Positions 48,807 to 59,431 of a stretch of DNA of 61,041 nucleotides are shown here, one piece after another. Where the stretch lies: contig JBBRSB010000032.1 of assembly GCA_038245785.1 (NCBI GenBank), positions 1 through 61,041 on the forward strand, in the 5' to 3' direction. Source of the stretch: Gloeobacterales cyanobacterium (GTDB lineage Bacteria > Cyanobacteriota > Cyanobacteriia > Gloeobacterales > PMM-0068). Position numbers and translations under genes: made by a program. Within the stretch, counting starts at the first letter, position 1; every line of letters begins with the position of its first letter. A model generated the notes under the pieces. The model ran no database searches, had not been told where the DNA came from, and saw only the letters and a list, made by a program, of their open reading frames with translations.

Positions 48807-51434
48807 TTAACTCTCAGGGTTGATTTTGAAGGCACCTACGGACTCTTGCAGCTGCTGAGCTACTTGCACCGTCTGCTGCAAGGATCCAGAAACTTGGCGA
48901 GAGGCATCAGAAGTCCGGTTGGAAGTCTGGGCAATGTTCTGCATCAGGGCGTTTACCGACTGGGAGGTCTCTGCCTGAGAGACCGTGGCAGTGGAAATCA
49001 TCTGGGCTAATTGGTCAATTTGGCGGGATACTTCCAGAATTTGGGTCAGGTTTTTCTTCGCCTCTTCCACCAGTTGGCTGCCCTCAACGACCTGAGTGGT
49101 ACCTACTTCCATCGCTCGTACAACTTCGCTGGTTTCCCTCTGGATACTTTCAACGATCTGTTCAATTTCTTTGGTTGCCGCAGCCGACTGTGCCGCTAGA
49201 GCGCCAACTTCTTCTGCAACTACCGCAAATCCTCGACCTTCTTCTCCAGCACGGGCGGCCTCAATACTGGCGTTGATCGAGAGGAGGTTGGTCTGTTCTG
49301 CAATCTGGTTGATGAGGGATACGGCCTTGGAAATCTTCTGGGAAGATTCACCCAGACGCTTAACTTTCTTAGCGGTATCGCCAATCGTTTCTCGCAGGTT
49401 AAGAATCCCTTGTACCGTGCGGTCCATGGCTACTCCCCCTGCTTCCGCCGTAGCCGATGCTGTACGGGCGACTTGTGCTGCTTGGGAAGCGCTACCGGCG
49501 ACTTCCTGGATAGACACGGTCATGTTTTGGACCGAATCAAGGGTGCGGGTAATTTCATCGAACTGGTTTAAGGAGTCTTCAGCCAATTGACGGAGGGACC
49601 CTTCGTTTTGGCCCAAGGAAACGTTCAGTTCTCCAGCGGCAGCTTTTACCTGGGTAACAATTCCGCGCAAGCTTTCGATAATGGCGTTAAAGAAGTCAGC
49701 AACCGTACCCATTTCTCCCGCGTTCACGTTGGCGCGGACGGTAAGGTCTCCACGAGAGGCTCCTTCTACTTCCATCAGCAGTTCAATCAGCTGGGTCTGG
49801 AGGAGTTCCTTAGCCGCTCTCTGTGCTTCTGCGTCTAGACGACGGGCTTCTGCACTGGCCTCGATCTCGCTTAGGTTGGTTTCCTGTTGCTTTTGCAGAT
49901 CCTGGAGCTGGACCGCCATCAGGTTGATGTTCGAGCCAAGCAGGGCCAGTTCATCGTCTCCTTTTACCGCAAGACGGGTTTCAAGGTTGCCTTCACCGAT
50001 TTTTGCTACAGCGGATGCAGCGTCTACTACAGGACGGGTGGCTCGGTCCGCGAGGATAGTAGCCAGTAAACCTACAAGAACGGCTGCGATCCCCGTCCCT
50101 GCGGCCAGAACTAAGAGCAACTGCTTCTGGGGAGCAAAGGCGATGTTGGTATCTGTAGTAAGTACTGCATCCCACTTCAGTTCAGGCATGCTCCCTAGTT
50201 TTTCAACAGGGGCATAGGCGATCAATTGTTCTGCGCGGTTACCTTGTGCTGAAGCAACTAAGGTGTCCGAGGTCTTTGCTTCCACTAAGGTAGTTATGCT
50301 GGGAATGGCCGCTTGAATAGTTTGTTCAAGGCTCCCTCCCTTGGAATCCAAAAAGATTTTTCCAGAAGGGGCACTGAGCAGATATTCGTCCCCGTCTATT
50401 CCATAGTCTTTGACTACTTCGTTCAACTTCTCAAGCGGCATCCGGGAGCGGATGATGCCAACCATTTGGCCTGATACGGAATCAGTAATCGGGGCTGCAA
50501 AGTGGATAACTATTTTGCCTGTAGTCTTTGATTTTTCTGGCTCACTTATGAAGGGTTTCTTGGTTTTGAGGACTTCCTGGAAATAGCTTCGGTTGAAGTG
50601 GTTGTCTAACGTTTTGCCTTTGGATTGGACTAACACATTTCCATTGAGATCAAAGACCGCAATGCTGTCGTACACGCCATAGATGTTTTTAGCCCTAGTT
50701 AATACGGATTCTCTTTCTTGAAGAGTCGTCACCGCCTGCACTTTAGGGTTTCTAAGAATGGGCATATTCGCGAGTACTTGAATATCGCCATAACGCTCAA
50801 AGATGAAGCGGTTGGTTTTGTCGGCGAGCTCCTCAGCAGTACCTTCTTTCGTTTGGGTAATTTCTTGGGTAACAGCTTGGTTGGCAACGTAATAAGCGGT
50901 TGTTCCAATGATGGCGACAGGCAGTACCCCAATCGTGAGGGCGAGAAGCGTAGCCTTGGTTTTAAGACTGAGGCCCCGTAACTTGTTGGATTTCTGAGGA
51001 GTGGGAATCACTTTGAAGGGTGCAGATTCCATGACTGTGGAAACAGGGGTGAATTCTGGCACATTCTTGGTGGCGTTCTTCACAGGCTCAGGGAGTTCTG
51101 GTTCAGGCATATTTTGAATATTTTTTTGGTAGCTGCTGGCTCCGTTTTGGCTCTGGTGTGCGAGCCTGACAGCAGGACTAGGACTGTCTGCCATTTTCGC
51201 GAGAGAGGTCCGAGCCCTGTTGGTAATCGTGGGGTCATCGGTCAGGCGGAGCGTTTCTTGAAAGTGAAGTTTGGCTTCTTCCACCAGGCCAGCTTCTCGA
51301 CAGGCCGCTCCCAGCCATACACGCAGTTGAGCATCCTTGGCGTGCTCCACTGCGAGCTGTGAGAACTGCTGCACCGCTTCTTCATAGCGGCCTTCTTGAT
51401 ATGTCTGGATAGCCTGTTCAAATTGAGCATTCAT
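48807..51434 (-). CDS. Methyl-accepting chemotaxis protein (TPR-TM-dCache-like-TM-HAMP-MA)
   Basis: N-terminal TPR, two TMs, RSYFQEV Cache motif, [40 protein letters not shown]. Confidence 0.93.
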   Translation of the reverse strand: MNAQFEQAIQTYQEGRYEEAVQQFSQLAVEHAKDAQLRVWLGAACREAGLVEEAKLHFQETLRLTDDPTITNRARTSLAKMADSPSPAVRLAHQSQNGASSYQKNIQNMPEPELPEPVKNATKNVPEFTPVSTVMESAPFKVIPTPQKSNKLRGLSLKTKATLLALTIGVLPVAIIGTTAYYVANQAVTQEITQTKEGTAEELADKTNRFIFERYGDIQVLANMPILRNPKVQAVTTLQERESVLTRAKNIYGVYDSIAVFDLNGNVLVQSKGKTLDNHFNRSYFQEVLKTKKPFISEPEKSKTTGKIVIHFAAPITDSVSGQMVGIIRSRMPLEKLNEVVKDYGIDGDEYLLSAPSGKIFLDSKGGSLEQTIQAAIPSITTLVEAKTSDTLVASAQGNRAEQLIAYAPVEKLGSMPELKWDAVLTTDTNIAFAPQKQLLLVLAAGTGIAAVLVGLLATILADRATRPVVDAASAVAKIGEGNLETRLAVKGDDELALLGSNINLMAVQLQDLQKQQETNLSEIEASAEARRLDAEAQRAAKELLQTQLIELLMEVEGASRGDLTVRANVNAGEMGTVADFFNAIIESLRGIVTQVKAAAGELNVSLGQNEGSLRQLAEDSLNQFDEITRTLDSVQNMTVSIQEVAGSASQAAQVARTASATAEAGGVAMDRTVQGILNLRETIGDTAKKVKRLGESSQKISKAVSLINQIAEQTNLLSINASIEAARAGEEGRGFAVVAEEVGALAAQSAAATKEIEQIVESIQRETSEVVRAMEVGTTQVVEGSQLVEEAKKNLTQILEVSRQIDQLAQMISTATVSQAETSQSVNALMQNIAQTSNRTSDASRQVSGSLQQTVQVAQQLQESVGAFKINPES

Positions 51435-51617
51435 GGAGCGAGAGCCTCACCGTTGGATAAATTCATCAAGACTGGACTAGGTAGGAGTGTTTGCTGAACA
51501 AAAATAGGTGCTATCTAGTCTACGGATTACTAATTAGTGTTCCCCATTCCGTGGTTTTCCTTACCACTAAAGCTGGTGATGAGAATGGAATTTAAAGCTT
51601 GATCCTCCCGCTCCTCT

Positions 51618-51712
51618 CGCCCCCTAAATCCCCCAACTTTGGGGGACTTTGAGGTCAGAACCCACGTTCGGCTGAGCTCACGTCGAAGCCCAAAGTTGGG
51701 GGCAGGGGGGCG
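51618..51712. repeat. REPIN-like double-hairpin element with a nested ~25-bp insert
   Basis: GCCCCCTAAATCCCCCAACTTTGGGGGACTTT...CCC[ACGTTCGGCTGAGCTCACGTCGAAG]CCCAAAGTTGGGGGCAGGGGGGCG. Confidence 0.8.
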
Positions 51713-51769
51713 ATTCCAAGAGCTGTATGTGCGGGAATCTTACAAAGGGGAGAGCGGGGGGATCTCCAA

Positions 51770-54700
51770 TTATTTTCCTGCCTCGACTTTGAAAGCCCCT
51801 ACAGATTCTTGGAGCTGTTGAGCAGCCTGTACCGTTTGTTGTAGAGAACTGGAAACCTGACGAGAAGCATCGGAAGTACGGTTTGAAACCTGGGCAATGT
51901 CTTGCATAAGCGTGTTTACCGATTGAGAGGTTTCTGCCTGAGATACGGTTGCTAAAGAAATCACCTGAGACAATTCATCAATTTGTCGAGAAACTTCTAG
52001 AATTTCTCCTAGACTCTTCTTCGATTCTTCAACCAGTAGCGTACCTTCAGCAGCTTGCGTACTACTTAGTTCCATTGATTCGATTACTTCGCTAATTTCT
52101 AATCGAATGCTTTCAATAATCCTTTCAATTTCTTTGGTTGCCGAAGCTGACCGAGCGGCCAAGGCCCCGACTTCTTTCGCAACTACTGCAAATCCCTGTC
52201 CTTCTTCTCCAGCACGGGCGGCTTCAACCCCAGCGTTAATAGCGAGCAGATTAGTCTGGATAGCAATCTTGTTGATCAGAGTTGCCACCTTAGAAATCTG
52301 CTGCGAGGATTCCCCTAACCGTTCGACTTTCTTAGCGGTGTCTCCAATAGTCTCCCGCAGGTTAAGAATCCCCTGTACCGTTCGGCCCATGGCTTCTTCT
52401 CCTACTTCTGCTCTGACCGAAGCGATGCGGGCTACCTGGGCCGCTTGGCGAGCGCTACTGGCGACTTCCTGAATCGATAGAGCCATCTTCTGCACGGAAT
52501 CGAGCGTCCGCGTGATTTCTTCAGCCTGCTTTTGGGAGTCTTCGGCTAATTGACGCAGAGACCCTTCATCCTTACCCAGAGACGTGCTGAAGTCTGTGGT
52601 TGTGCTCTTAACCTGGGTAACGATGCCCCGTAAGCTTTCAATAATGACGTTAAAGAAGTCAGCAACCGTACCCATCTCTCCTTCGGTGACGTTAGCGCGA
52701 ACGGTGAGGTCTCCCTGGGCCGCGCCTTCGACATCAATAAGCAAGTTGCTTACCTGTTGTTGGAGCAGTTCCTTCGCTTTTCTCTGGGCTTCCTCTGCTT
52801 CCTTGCGCTCGGTTATATCGCTTTCAATAGCAATGAACTGAGTGACATTACCGTTTTGATCCAGAGAAGGCGTGATGTTCAGGAAAAGCCAGTAAGGCTG
52901 ACCTTCTTTGGAGTAGTTCAGAATTTCTGAGGTAAACGGCTGTTTGGCAAGCAGTTTCTCGCGGATGCTCTGAACGGCAGCGGGGTCAGTGTCTGGGCCT
53001 TGGAGGAAGGACCCTGGCTTTTTACCAAGGACTTCTTCTATGGTGTAGCCTGTGATGCGGGTAAAGCCTTCATTGGCCCATTCAATGTTCCCTTCCTTAG
53101 TGGTAATAATGACCGCGTTACTGGTCTTACTCGCTACGAGGGAAAGCTTTCCTAACTCTTGAATGTCCTGTTGAAGACTGGTCGCCATGTCGTTGAATTC
53201 TCGACCGAGAATGCCAAACTCGTCTTGTCGACCTGTATCTCCATACCGTGCTGAAAGTTGACCGTCCGCTATGGCTTGGGCCACCTCGGTTAGCTGACGA
53301 ATCGGTCTGTAGATGGAGCGAGCAAAGGGAATCGCCAGCAGACTGACTAGCAAAAGCACAGCTCCACCAATGCCATAGCCGAGGAATTGTTGCTCTTTCA
53401 GAGACGCACTTACTTCAGAAAGTGGTTGACCGACGAAGGCAATGCCTACGGACTTGGCTTGGGGATTCAATACTTTCTGATGGTCATACAAAGGCACATA
53501 GGCAGTCAGATAGTCCACCCCGACAATATTGGCGCGACCGACAAATTCTTGCCCTTGGTTCAGGACTTTATCTGCGACTTCTCGGGACGCCCGCGTTCCA
53601 ATAGCACGTGTTCCATCGACTTCTTTGGTTTCAGGATTGGTGTAGGGAACGTTGGTTGTCACCCGCCAATCTTGGGCAAAAACAGTGGCCACTTTTACTT
53701 TGGAATACTTTTGGGTAAATTTATCGACCAACCCGTAGTTGCGATTCAGCACCGAACCGACAATAGCTGTTCCTACCAATTTTCCTTTGACCTTGATCGG
53801 ATAGACGGCCATGCTAACGAGGCCCGCTTTGCCCCCATCTACGTCATAGGTTCCTTCTGGAGAAGGCTGTTTAGGTTCTGCTAATCCCTGAATGGGCTGC
53901 TTGCGAATGCCAATAGCGGTCTGTTCTGCCAACCCCAGGCGCTGTAGATAAGAACCTTTAAGGATTTCCATCCCTGATAAAGAGCGTCCTGTTCCCAGGG
54001 CATCTTTTACGATCGGAATGTCCCCCAAAGAGAGGCCTGCTGCCAGCTGAAGGCGGCGAAATTTGGCAGGTTGGTTCTTCGCAGCGAGCACAGGATATTT
54101 AGAGAAATCTTCTGCGAAGATCTGGACATTTTGAGCAATAGTCTTGCCTTGGGCGTCCGTAATAATCTTGAAGCTCTTGAGCTGTTCTGGGTCCACATCA
54201 TTTTTGAGGGGAAGGAGACTTTCTAAATACGGTCTCCGAGTGGCTGTTTCCGCCGGATTACTCAAATCAACGCCAGCATTTTGCACGGCCTGGGCAATGC
54301 TCCCGGCCTCTGTCTTGCTCTCTTCAACAGTCCAGAGGACATACTCCTCTGCGAAGAGCGTCCCTTTTTCTTTAAGAGATTCCTTCAAATTCTCTAGGGA
54401 ACGATTTTCAGAAATCGTGACTAGCCCTTGGGTCACGGCAATAACCGGTACAGCGGCGGCGACTACCAATAGGCCAAAGAGTTTGTTCTGAAGTTTAAGG
54501 TTTCTCCACCACAGGCGGGGCAGCAGTAGAGGCTTAGATTGGGCTTTACTGTTCTCTTTAGTCTTGGGGACAGACTGTGGAGGGACTGCCACTTCCTGAA
54601 TGATCGGTTGAGCATAGGAGCTTCTTTCAATTCGCTCGTCGCTCTGGGGGATTTCTGGTTGCGCGGATGTGACAGGCTGAGCAGGTTGAATCGATTGAGC

Positions 54701-55183
54701 TGGGTTGGAAGAAAGATTAGGCTCGGATAAAAAGGGTAAACTCTTCTGATTGGCTTCCCCACGGGCGCTCTGAGCCACTTCCATCGGTTGGAATTGAGGA
54801 ACTTTGCCTAGATCCTTCTCTAGTTCCACCTTGTCTATTTCTTTTATTCCTTTCTCCGGTCCCACTTTCTCCACCTTCTGTGGAGCTGCAACGTTTTGTT
54901 CTTTATCTTTGACCGTCGGGGCTGAGAGTGTGCTGGCTGCTAGTTTTTCTAGCGACGTACGGGCCATATGAATAGTTTTGGGGTCATCCGTCAGTTTGAG
55001 GGCTTCTTGAAACTCAAGTCTGGCTTCTTCTATGAGTCCTACTTCTCGGTAGGTCGCTCCCATCCAAACGCGAAGTTGAGCATTTTTAGGATTCTCGTAG
55101 GATAGCTGAGAAAGAATTTGTAAGGCATCTTCGTAGCGTCCTTCTCTGTAAGCCTGGGTAGCCTGTTCAAACTGAGCATTCAT
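51770..55183 (-). CDS. Methyl-accepting chemotaxis protein (TPR-TM-Cache-TM-HAMP-PAS-MA)
   Basis: TPR N-terminus; RVTTNV/RAIGT Cache motifs; DEFGILG HAMP; PAS WANEGFTRITGY...FLQG; QTNLLAINAGVEAARAGE. Confidence 0.93.
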   Translation of the reverse strand: MNAQFEQATQAYREGRYEDALQILSQLSYENPKNAQLRVWMGATYREVGLIEEARLEFQEALKLTDDPKTIHMARTSLEKLAASTLSAPTVKDKEQNVAAPQKVEKVGPEKGIKEIDKVELEKDLGKVPQFQPMEVAQSARGEANQKSLPFLSEPNLSSNPAQSIQPAQPVTSAQPEIPQSDERIERSSYAQPIIQEVAVPPQSVPKTKENSKAQSKPLLLPRLWWRNLKLQNKLFGLLVVAAAVPVIAVTQGLVTISENRSLENLKESLKEKGTLFAEEYVLWTVEESKTEAGSIAQAVQNAGVDLSNPAETATRRPYLESLLPLKNDVDPEQLKSFKIITDAQGKTIAQNVQIFAEDFSKYPVLAAKNQPAKFRRLQLAAGLSLGDIPIVKDALGTGRSLSGMEILKGSYLQRLGLAEQTAIGIRKQPIQGLAEPKQPSPEGTYDVDGGKAGLVSMAVYPIKVKGKLVGTAIVGSVLNRNYGLVDKFTQKYSKVKVATVFAQDWRVTTNVPYTNPETKEVDGTRAIGTRASREVADKVLNQGQEFVGRANIVGVDYLTAYVPLYDHQKVLNPQAKSVGIAFVGQPLSEVSASLKEQQFLGYGIGGAVLLLVSLLAIPFARSIYRPIRQLTEVAQAIADGQLSARYGDTGRQDEFGILGREFNDMATSLQQDIQELGKLSLVASKTSNAVIITTKEGNIEWANEGFTRITGYTIEEVLGKKPGSFLQGPDTDPAAVQSIREKLLAKQPFTSEILNYSKEGQPYWLFLNITPSLDQNGNVTQFIAIESDITERKEAEEAQRKAKELLQQQVSNLLIDVEGAAQGDLTVRANVTEGEMGTVADFFNVIIESLRGIVTQVKSTTTDFSTSLGKDEGSLRQLAEDSQKQAEEITRTLDSVQKMALSIQEVASSARQAAQVARIASVRAEVGEEAMGRTVQGILNLRETIGDTAKKVERLGESSQQISKVATLINKIAIQTNLLAINAGVEAARAGEEGQGFAVVAKEVGALAARSASATKEIERIIESIRLEISEVIESMELSSTQAAEGTLLVEESKKSLGEILEVSRQIDELSQVISLATVSQAETSQSVNTLMQDIAQVSNRTSDASRQVSSSLQQTVQAAQQLQESVGAFKVEAGK

Positions 55184-55462
55184 GGAGCAAGAGCCTCACC
55201 GTTTAGATAAGTTCACGCAAGCCCACAGCCTCTGAACCGCCACTTTTGGAAAGAGCCTTTGGTGTTTCTTTCCATCGCCATGACGACAGAATGCGGGATG
55301 TGTACTCTTTAAAGATTCCCATCTCCGCAGATTTACTCACTAAACAGGTTCAAGACCTCACAAAAAATTTTTACAACTCCAGAGCATTGATGCATCAGGA
55401 GCTATTCCACTCCGTGGAAGCGCTGTTCACGGGTTAGGTTCTAAGCTCGAACGTCAGGCGAA

Positions 55463-56536
55463 TCAAGTTTCAGAAGAATCTTTCTTGAACTCGTCGCGCA
55501 CAGGCTCTGGCATCAGAGGCTTCGTCAAAGGTCGCCAAGTAGGCAGCATGTCCAGCGATAGACTCTCCAGGGGATTGCGGAATTCTCGCACCTTATGCCA
55601 AACCGAACGAGACATCAGCAGATTAGTATCCGTGATTTCAGCTTCAAGAGACTTCAAGAGATTCTGGCGCTCTGCTTGATAGTCCCCCGCAGATAGTTCT
55701 AGAGACTGAGGAGGATAGTGGGAGAGGATCTTGCTGATATGAATCAACAGGTCTCGGTATAGCCAGGTATAAGCTGGATGGACCCATAGGTTGAGGCGAT
55801 GGGGCTCCAACCCCTGTTTGGAAATCTTGAGGTCAAAGGCCCCAATCGCTGCTCTGCGTTGAGGTTCATAAACATACTCAAAGACCCGCTCTTCTTGGTG
55901 GAGGCTCTGGCTAATGCCCAAAATAATGCGGTCAGGCAATGGTCTACGGAAATCTTCTGGGTGTCGGTCGTACACCTGACGCAGCATAGAAGGCATCGTA
56001 GCGCAGTCGAGCTGGCATAAAAGGGCTGCATCTGCGTTGCTGACTGGTCGTAGATTTAAAGCTTGAACTTCCACTCTGGCAAGATTTTCCAGCACTGCCA
56101 TTGGCAGACGCCAGTACGTAATTTCGGCCATCGACTGAAAGCCATTTTGTCGATAAATAGCAATCTGCTCCTTGTTATGGATATCTGCTTCTACAATCCA
56201 CGTCTTAGCGCTACGGTAGTACTCAAAAATGTAGGCCAAAAGTAAGGTGCCTAAGCCTTGACTCTGCAAGGGGTCACTCAGGGTGAATTGGTCTATCCGC
56301 CAGGTACTTTGAATTTCATTGGTGGGCGATACCTGAACTAAACCCACGACATGACCGTCAATTTGGGCTACATGAACGTCGAAAAGATGCTGGAACCGAT
56401 TGGGAACCAGATTTAAAAACTTGATCAGTCCAAACCAGCTGCGTACTTCTCGAACCTTTCGGACCCACTGAGTATCCTCTGGTTCGACATTCTCTAAGCT
56501 GTCTAGGTCACGCAGTTGTACGGGGCGGATCAGCAT
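55463..56536 (-). CDS. Cyanobacterial tandem GNAT acetyltransferase
   Basis: IRPVQLRDLD, QGLGTLLL, YRQNGFQ, VHPAYTWLY, LMSRSVWHK. Confidence 0.82.
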   Translation of the reverse strand: MLIRPVQLRDLDSLENVEPEDTQWVRKVREVRSWFGLIKFLNLVPNRFQHLFDVHVAQIDGHVVGLVQVSPTNEIQSTWRIDQFTLSDPLQSQGLGTLLLAYIFEYYRSAKTWIVEADIHNKEQIAIYRQNGFQSMAEITYWRLPMAVLENLARVEVQALNLRPVSNADAALLCQLDCATMPSMLRQVYDRHPEDFRRPLPDRIILGISQSLHQEERVFEYVYEPQRRAAIGAFDLKISKQGLEPHRLNLWVHPAYTWLYRDLLIHISKILSHYPPQSLELSAGDYQAERQNLLKSLEAEITDTNLLMSRSVWHKVREFRNPLESLSLDMLPTWRPLTKPLMPEPVRDEFKKDSSET

Positions 56537-56590
56537 GGTTCGGTTTGTAACTAACTACGATGATAGCCTGTGCAGGAGTCCTTGATAGAT

Positions 56591-57619
56591 TCAGCGTAAA
56601 ATAGGAGCCCGTTGCTCCCATTTCATCATCGCTTCTAGGGCTCTATCCAGCAGTTCTTCTCCCTGCGCCACGGATTCTACCCGTGCAAGTTCTGCCCTTA
56701 GTTGAGAAGCTCCTGGAATCCCTTTGACATACCAAGTGAGATGTTTACGGGCCTGTTGGATGCCCCGTGCTCCTTTATATTCCCAGAGCATTTGCAAATG
56801 TTCACGGGCAGTCTGGATTTGATGCATAGGGACAGGGTCCGCTAGCCGTTCCCCTGTTCTTAGATAATGGTCCACCCGACCGACGAGTCCAGGGTCGCCC
56901 ATCGTGCCACGGGCACACATCACACCATCGGCACCGGAGATAGCCAAGGCTTTGATCGCCGAGTCCACATCCATAATGTCGCCGTTGACAATAACTGGAA
57001 TCGTAACTGCTTCTTTAACCTGACGGACCCATTCCCAGCGGGCGGCTCCTGTGAATTGTTGGGCGCGGGTTCGTCCATGAATAGTCAATAGAGAAGCTCC
57101 TGCCGCTTCTAATCGACGGGCAAAATCGACCACGGTGATTTCCTGGTCACTCCAGCCCAAACGGGTTTTGACCGTGACAGGCAGATTAACTGCTTCGACA
57201 ACGGCCCTCACAGCAGCTTCAGCCACTTCCGGTTCTCGTAAAAGCGAAGACCCACCCCCGTTTTTGGTGATCTTATTTACCGGACAACCCATATTGATAT
57301 CGATGATGTCTGCACCTTCCTGTTCCGCCATTTTTGCGGCTTCCGCCAGAAAGTTTGGTCTACAGTCAAAAAGCTGAATGCCGATCGGATGCTCTCCTGT
57401 GCCTACTTCCATAATTTTGGGTAGCTCACGGGCATAGTGCAGCCCTGTGGCACTGACCATCTCGGTATAGACCATCGAATCTTTCGCCTGTCTCCGCACC
57501 AGATGACGGAATACCTGATCCGTCACTCCAGCTAAGGGAGATTGAAAAACCCGGCTGTGCACACTAAACGGGCCAATCTTGAGGGGCTCCTGAAATTTAG
57601 AGAGGTCAATGGTTTTCAT
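56591..57619 (-). CDS. dusB: tRNA dihydrouridine synthase B
   Basis: SPLAGVTD, DINMGCP, TVKTRLGW, HGRT, NGDI, RKHLTWY. Confidence 0.93.
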   Translation of the reverse strand: MKTIDLSKFQEPLKIGPFSVHSRVFQSPLAGVTDQVFRHLVRRQAKDSMVYTEMVSATGLHYARELPKIMEVGTGEHPIGIQLFDCRPNFLAEAAKMAEQEGADIIDINMGCPVNKITKNGGGSSLLREPEVAEAAVRAVVEAVNLPVTVKTRLGWSDQEITVVDFARRLEAAGASLLTIHGRTRAQQFTGAARWEWVRQVKEAVTIPVIVNGDIMDVDSAIKALAISGADGVMCARGTMGDPGLVGRVDHYLRTGERLADPVPMHQIQTAREHLQMLWEYKGARGIQQARKHLTWYVKGIPGASQLRAELARVESVAQGEELLDRALEAMMKWEQRAPILR

Positions 57620-57707
57620 AAAAATATCGTAGCAGTGACGTATGCATTCATGGAGCGCTTACGATCTGCAGATGTGAGCTTTGCCGGACATAGCCAGAAC
57701 TGAAAAG

Positions 57708-57783
57708 TGGTGGAGAGTAGGGAATTCGAATCCCTGACCTCTGCAGTGCGATTGCAGCGCTCTACCATCTGAGCTAACTCCCC
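57708..57783 (-). tRNA. tRNA-Ala(CGC)
   Basis: 76-nt cloverleaf GGGGAGTTAGCTCAG...CTGCA-ATCGCAC-TGCAG...ACTCTCCACCA with G3:U70 and encoded CCA; upstream TTTACA-N17-GACAAT. Confidence 0.97.
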
Positions 57784-57910
57784 CCGGGCTTCTCATTGTC
57801 TTCTGAAAAGGCGTTGCTGTAAATCCTGGGAGCTTTTTGGGTATAGATTAGATAAGACCAAAGTCACTACGCGCGCTTGTGATATCCTATAAACCGTTGA
57901 AATTTTATGC

Positions 57911-57986
57911 GGGCGATTAGCTCAGTTGGTAGAGCGCCTCGTTTACACCGAGGATGTCGGCGGTTCGAGTCCGTCATCGCCCACCA
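57911..57986 (+). tRNA. tRNA-Val(TAC)
   Basis: 76-nt cloverleaf; anticodon arm CCTCG-TTTACAC-CGAGG; GTTCGAG; encoded CCA. Confidence 0.98.
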
Positions 57987-57990
57987 TTTA

Positions 57991-58018
57991 AAAACCCTCT
58001 CCAGCAGAGGGTTTTGTT
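57991..58018 (+). terminator. Intrinsic terminator after tRNA-Val
   Basis: AAAACCCTCT-CCAGC-AGAGGGTTTT followed by GTT. Confidence 0.75.
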
Positions 58019-58125
58019 GTATATGCTGTCCGCACAGGCATATGAACAAAAGTACTTACTAAGGCTCACAAACTCTCTCAAAATGCTACCGTTTCTCACA
58101 GTTTGGGTAGAAATTGGGTAGAAGG

Positions 58126-59250
58126 ATGACAGGCAAGAAGACTGCGAAGGGAGCGGTATCCCTCAGTGAATTCAGAAATTGCCTGCTTCTTAGATGGAGG
58201 CATCAGGGTAAGCGCTACGCCCTCTACTTAGGACTACCAGATACCAGAGTCAATAGGACCGTAGCACAACGAAAGGCCTCACAGATTGAGCTAGACATTG
58301 CCGCTGGACATTTTGACAAGACCTTAAAGAGCTACAAGCCTGCTTCTCCTCAGAGCATGGCTCAATCCTCAGTAATATTTTTGTGGCGTCGCTTTTCTGC
58401 AGAAAAAACCAAAGACTTACATCCAAGAACAGTTGCCAACTATCGGGGATTGGAAAGTCATCTAAACGAATACTTCCAGGGAGCACCAGTCTCATCGGTG
58501 GATATAGAAGAGGTCCGTAAATTTGCTCTGTGGCTAGCCACCTACTACAAAAATGATCGGGTCCTCAGAGAGCGGATAGCCATACTTTCTTCTTGCTGGG
58601 AATGGGGTATTGCACAGAAATTGACGCAAATTAATCCTTGGGCAGACTTCCACAAGATTATGAAAATAGCCCCTCAGCAAACGGCAAGACCTTTCACCAT
58701 TGAGGAGATCCAGCGGATTATAGAGGCTTTCAAAACAGACACTACGTATGCCTATCTATCTGATTATGTGATTTTTCTATTTGCGACCGGAGCCCGAACG
58801 GGAGAAGTCATTGGATTGAAATGGAAGCATTTATCTGAGGACTGCAGTACCGTCTGGATAGGAGAATCGCTGAGCCGTGGTGAACGCAAAGCAACTAAGA
58901 CCAATAAGGCACGCACGATCACACTCCCCGATAGGCTACAAGAGCATCTGCAATCAAAGAAAAAGTCGCTGAATCTGTGCCCGGAAGATTTAGTATTCCC
59001 TTCTAAGCATGGCGGAGCTATTGATGACAATAATTTCCGAAGTAGGGCATGGAAACCAATCCTAGAACGATTAGGCATACCGTATAGAAAGCCCTACATT
59101 ACGCGACATTCTCTTGTGAGCCACGCCCTAGATAGCGGAATGTCTCCATTACAAGTAGCCCAAATGACTGGACATCGGGTAAAGACGATGTTTCAGCATT
59201 ATGCGGGCCACGTATCCAGTAAGCCGAAGCTGCCCGATATTTTGGGATAA
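58126..59250 (+). CDS. Tyrosine recombinase/integrase with N-terminal arm-binding domain
   Basis: LRWRHQGKRY.L.LGLPD N-domain; TGARTGE, TKT, RKPYITRHS, MTGH, QHYA. Confidence 0.95.
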   Translation: MTGKKTAKGAVSLSEFRNCLLLRWRHQGKRYALYLGLPDTRVNRTVAQRKASQIELDIAAGHFDKTLKSYKPASPQSMAQSSVIFLWRRFSAEKTKDLHPRTVANYRGLESHLNEYFQGAPVSSVDIEEVRKFALWLATYYKNDRVLRERIAILSSCWEWGIAQKLTQINPWADFHKIMKIAPQQTARPFTIEEIQRIIEAFKTDTTYAYLSDYVIFLFATGARTGEVIGLKWKHLSEDCSTVWIGESLSRGERKATKTNKARTITLPDRLQEHLQSKKKSLNLCPEDLVFPSKHGGAIDDNNFRSRAWKPILERLGIPYRKPYITRHSLVSHALDSGMSPLQVAQMTGHRVKTMFQHYAGHVSSKPKLPDILG

Positions 59251-59431
59251 AAGTAGAAAGCCCTGAGAGCAAATAAACCACAACCTAGGCTTTTTCATTC
59301 ATCCGACACTGGTCGTCAACGCCGAGAGTGGGTTTGCTTTGGGTCTCAGTAGCGTACATATTTGGAATCGCGCGCTTAGGCATAAGGAATTATCACCATT
59401 GGTTGCATAACTTGCAAGTCTGCGCCTCGTG

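Noticed and set aside
49096..54491. Long plus-strand ORFs (49096..49590, 49681..50217, 53387..53884 and others)
   Set aside because: Antisense shadows of the MCP genes.
48807..55183. PixJ-like cyanobacteriochrome photoreceptors
   Set aside because: No GAF domain or bilin-binding Cys motif was seen.
56591..59250. dus-targeting integrase island
   Set aside because: dusB is intact and separated from the integrase by two tRNAs; the tRNA-Val 3' end is the simpler att candidate.
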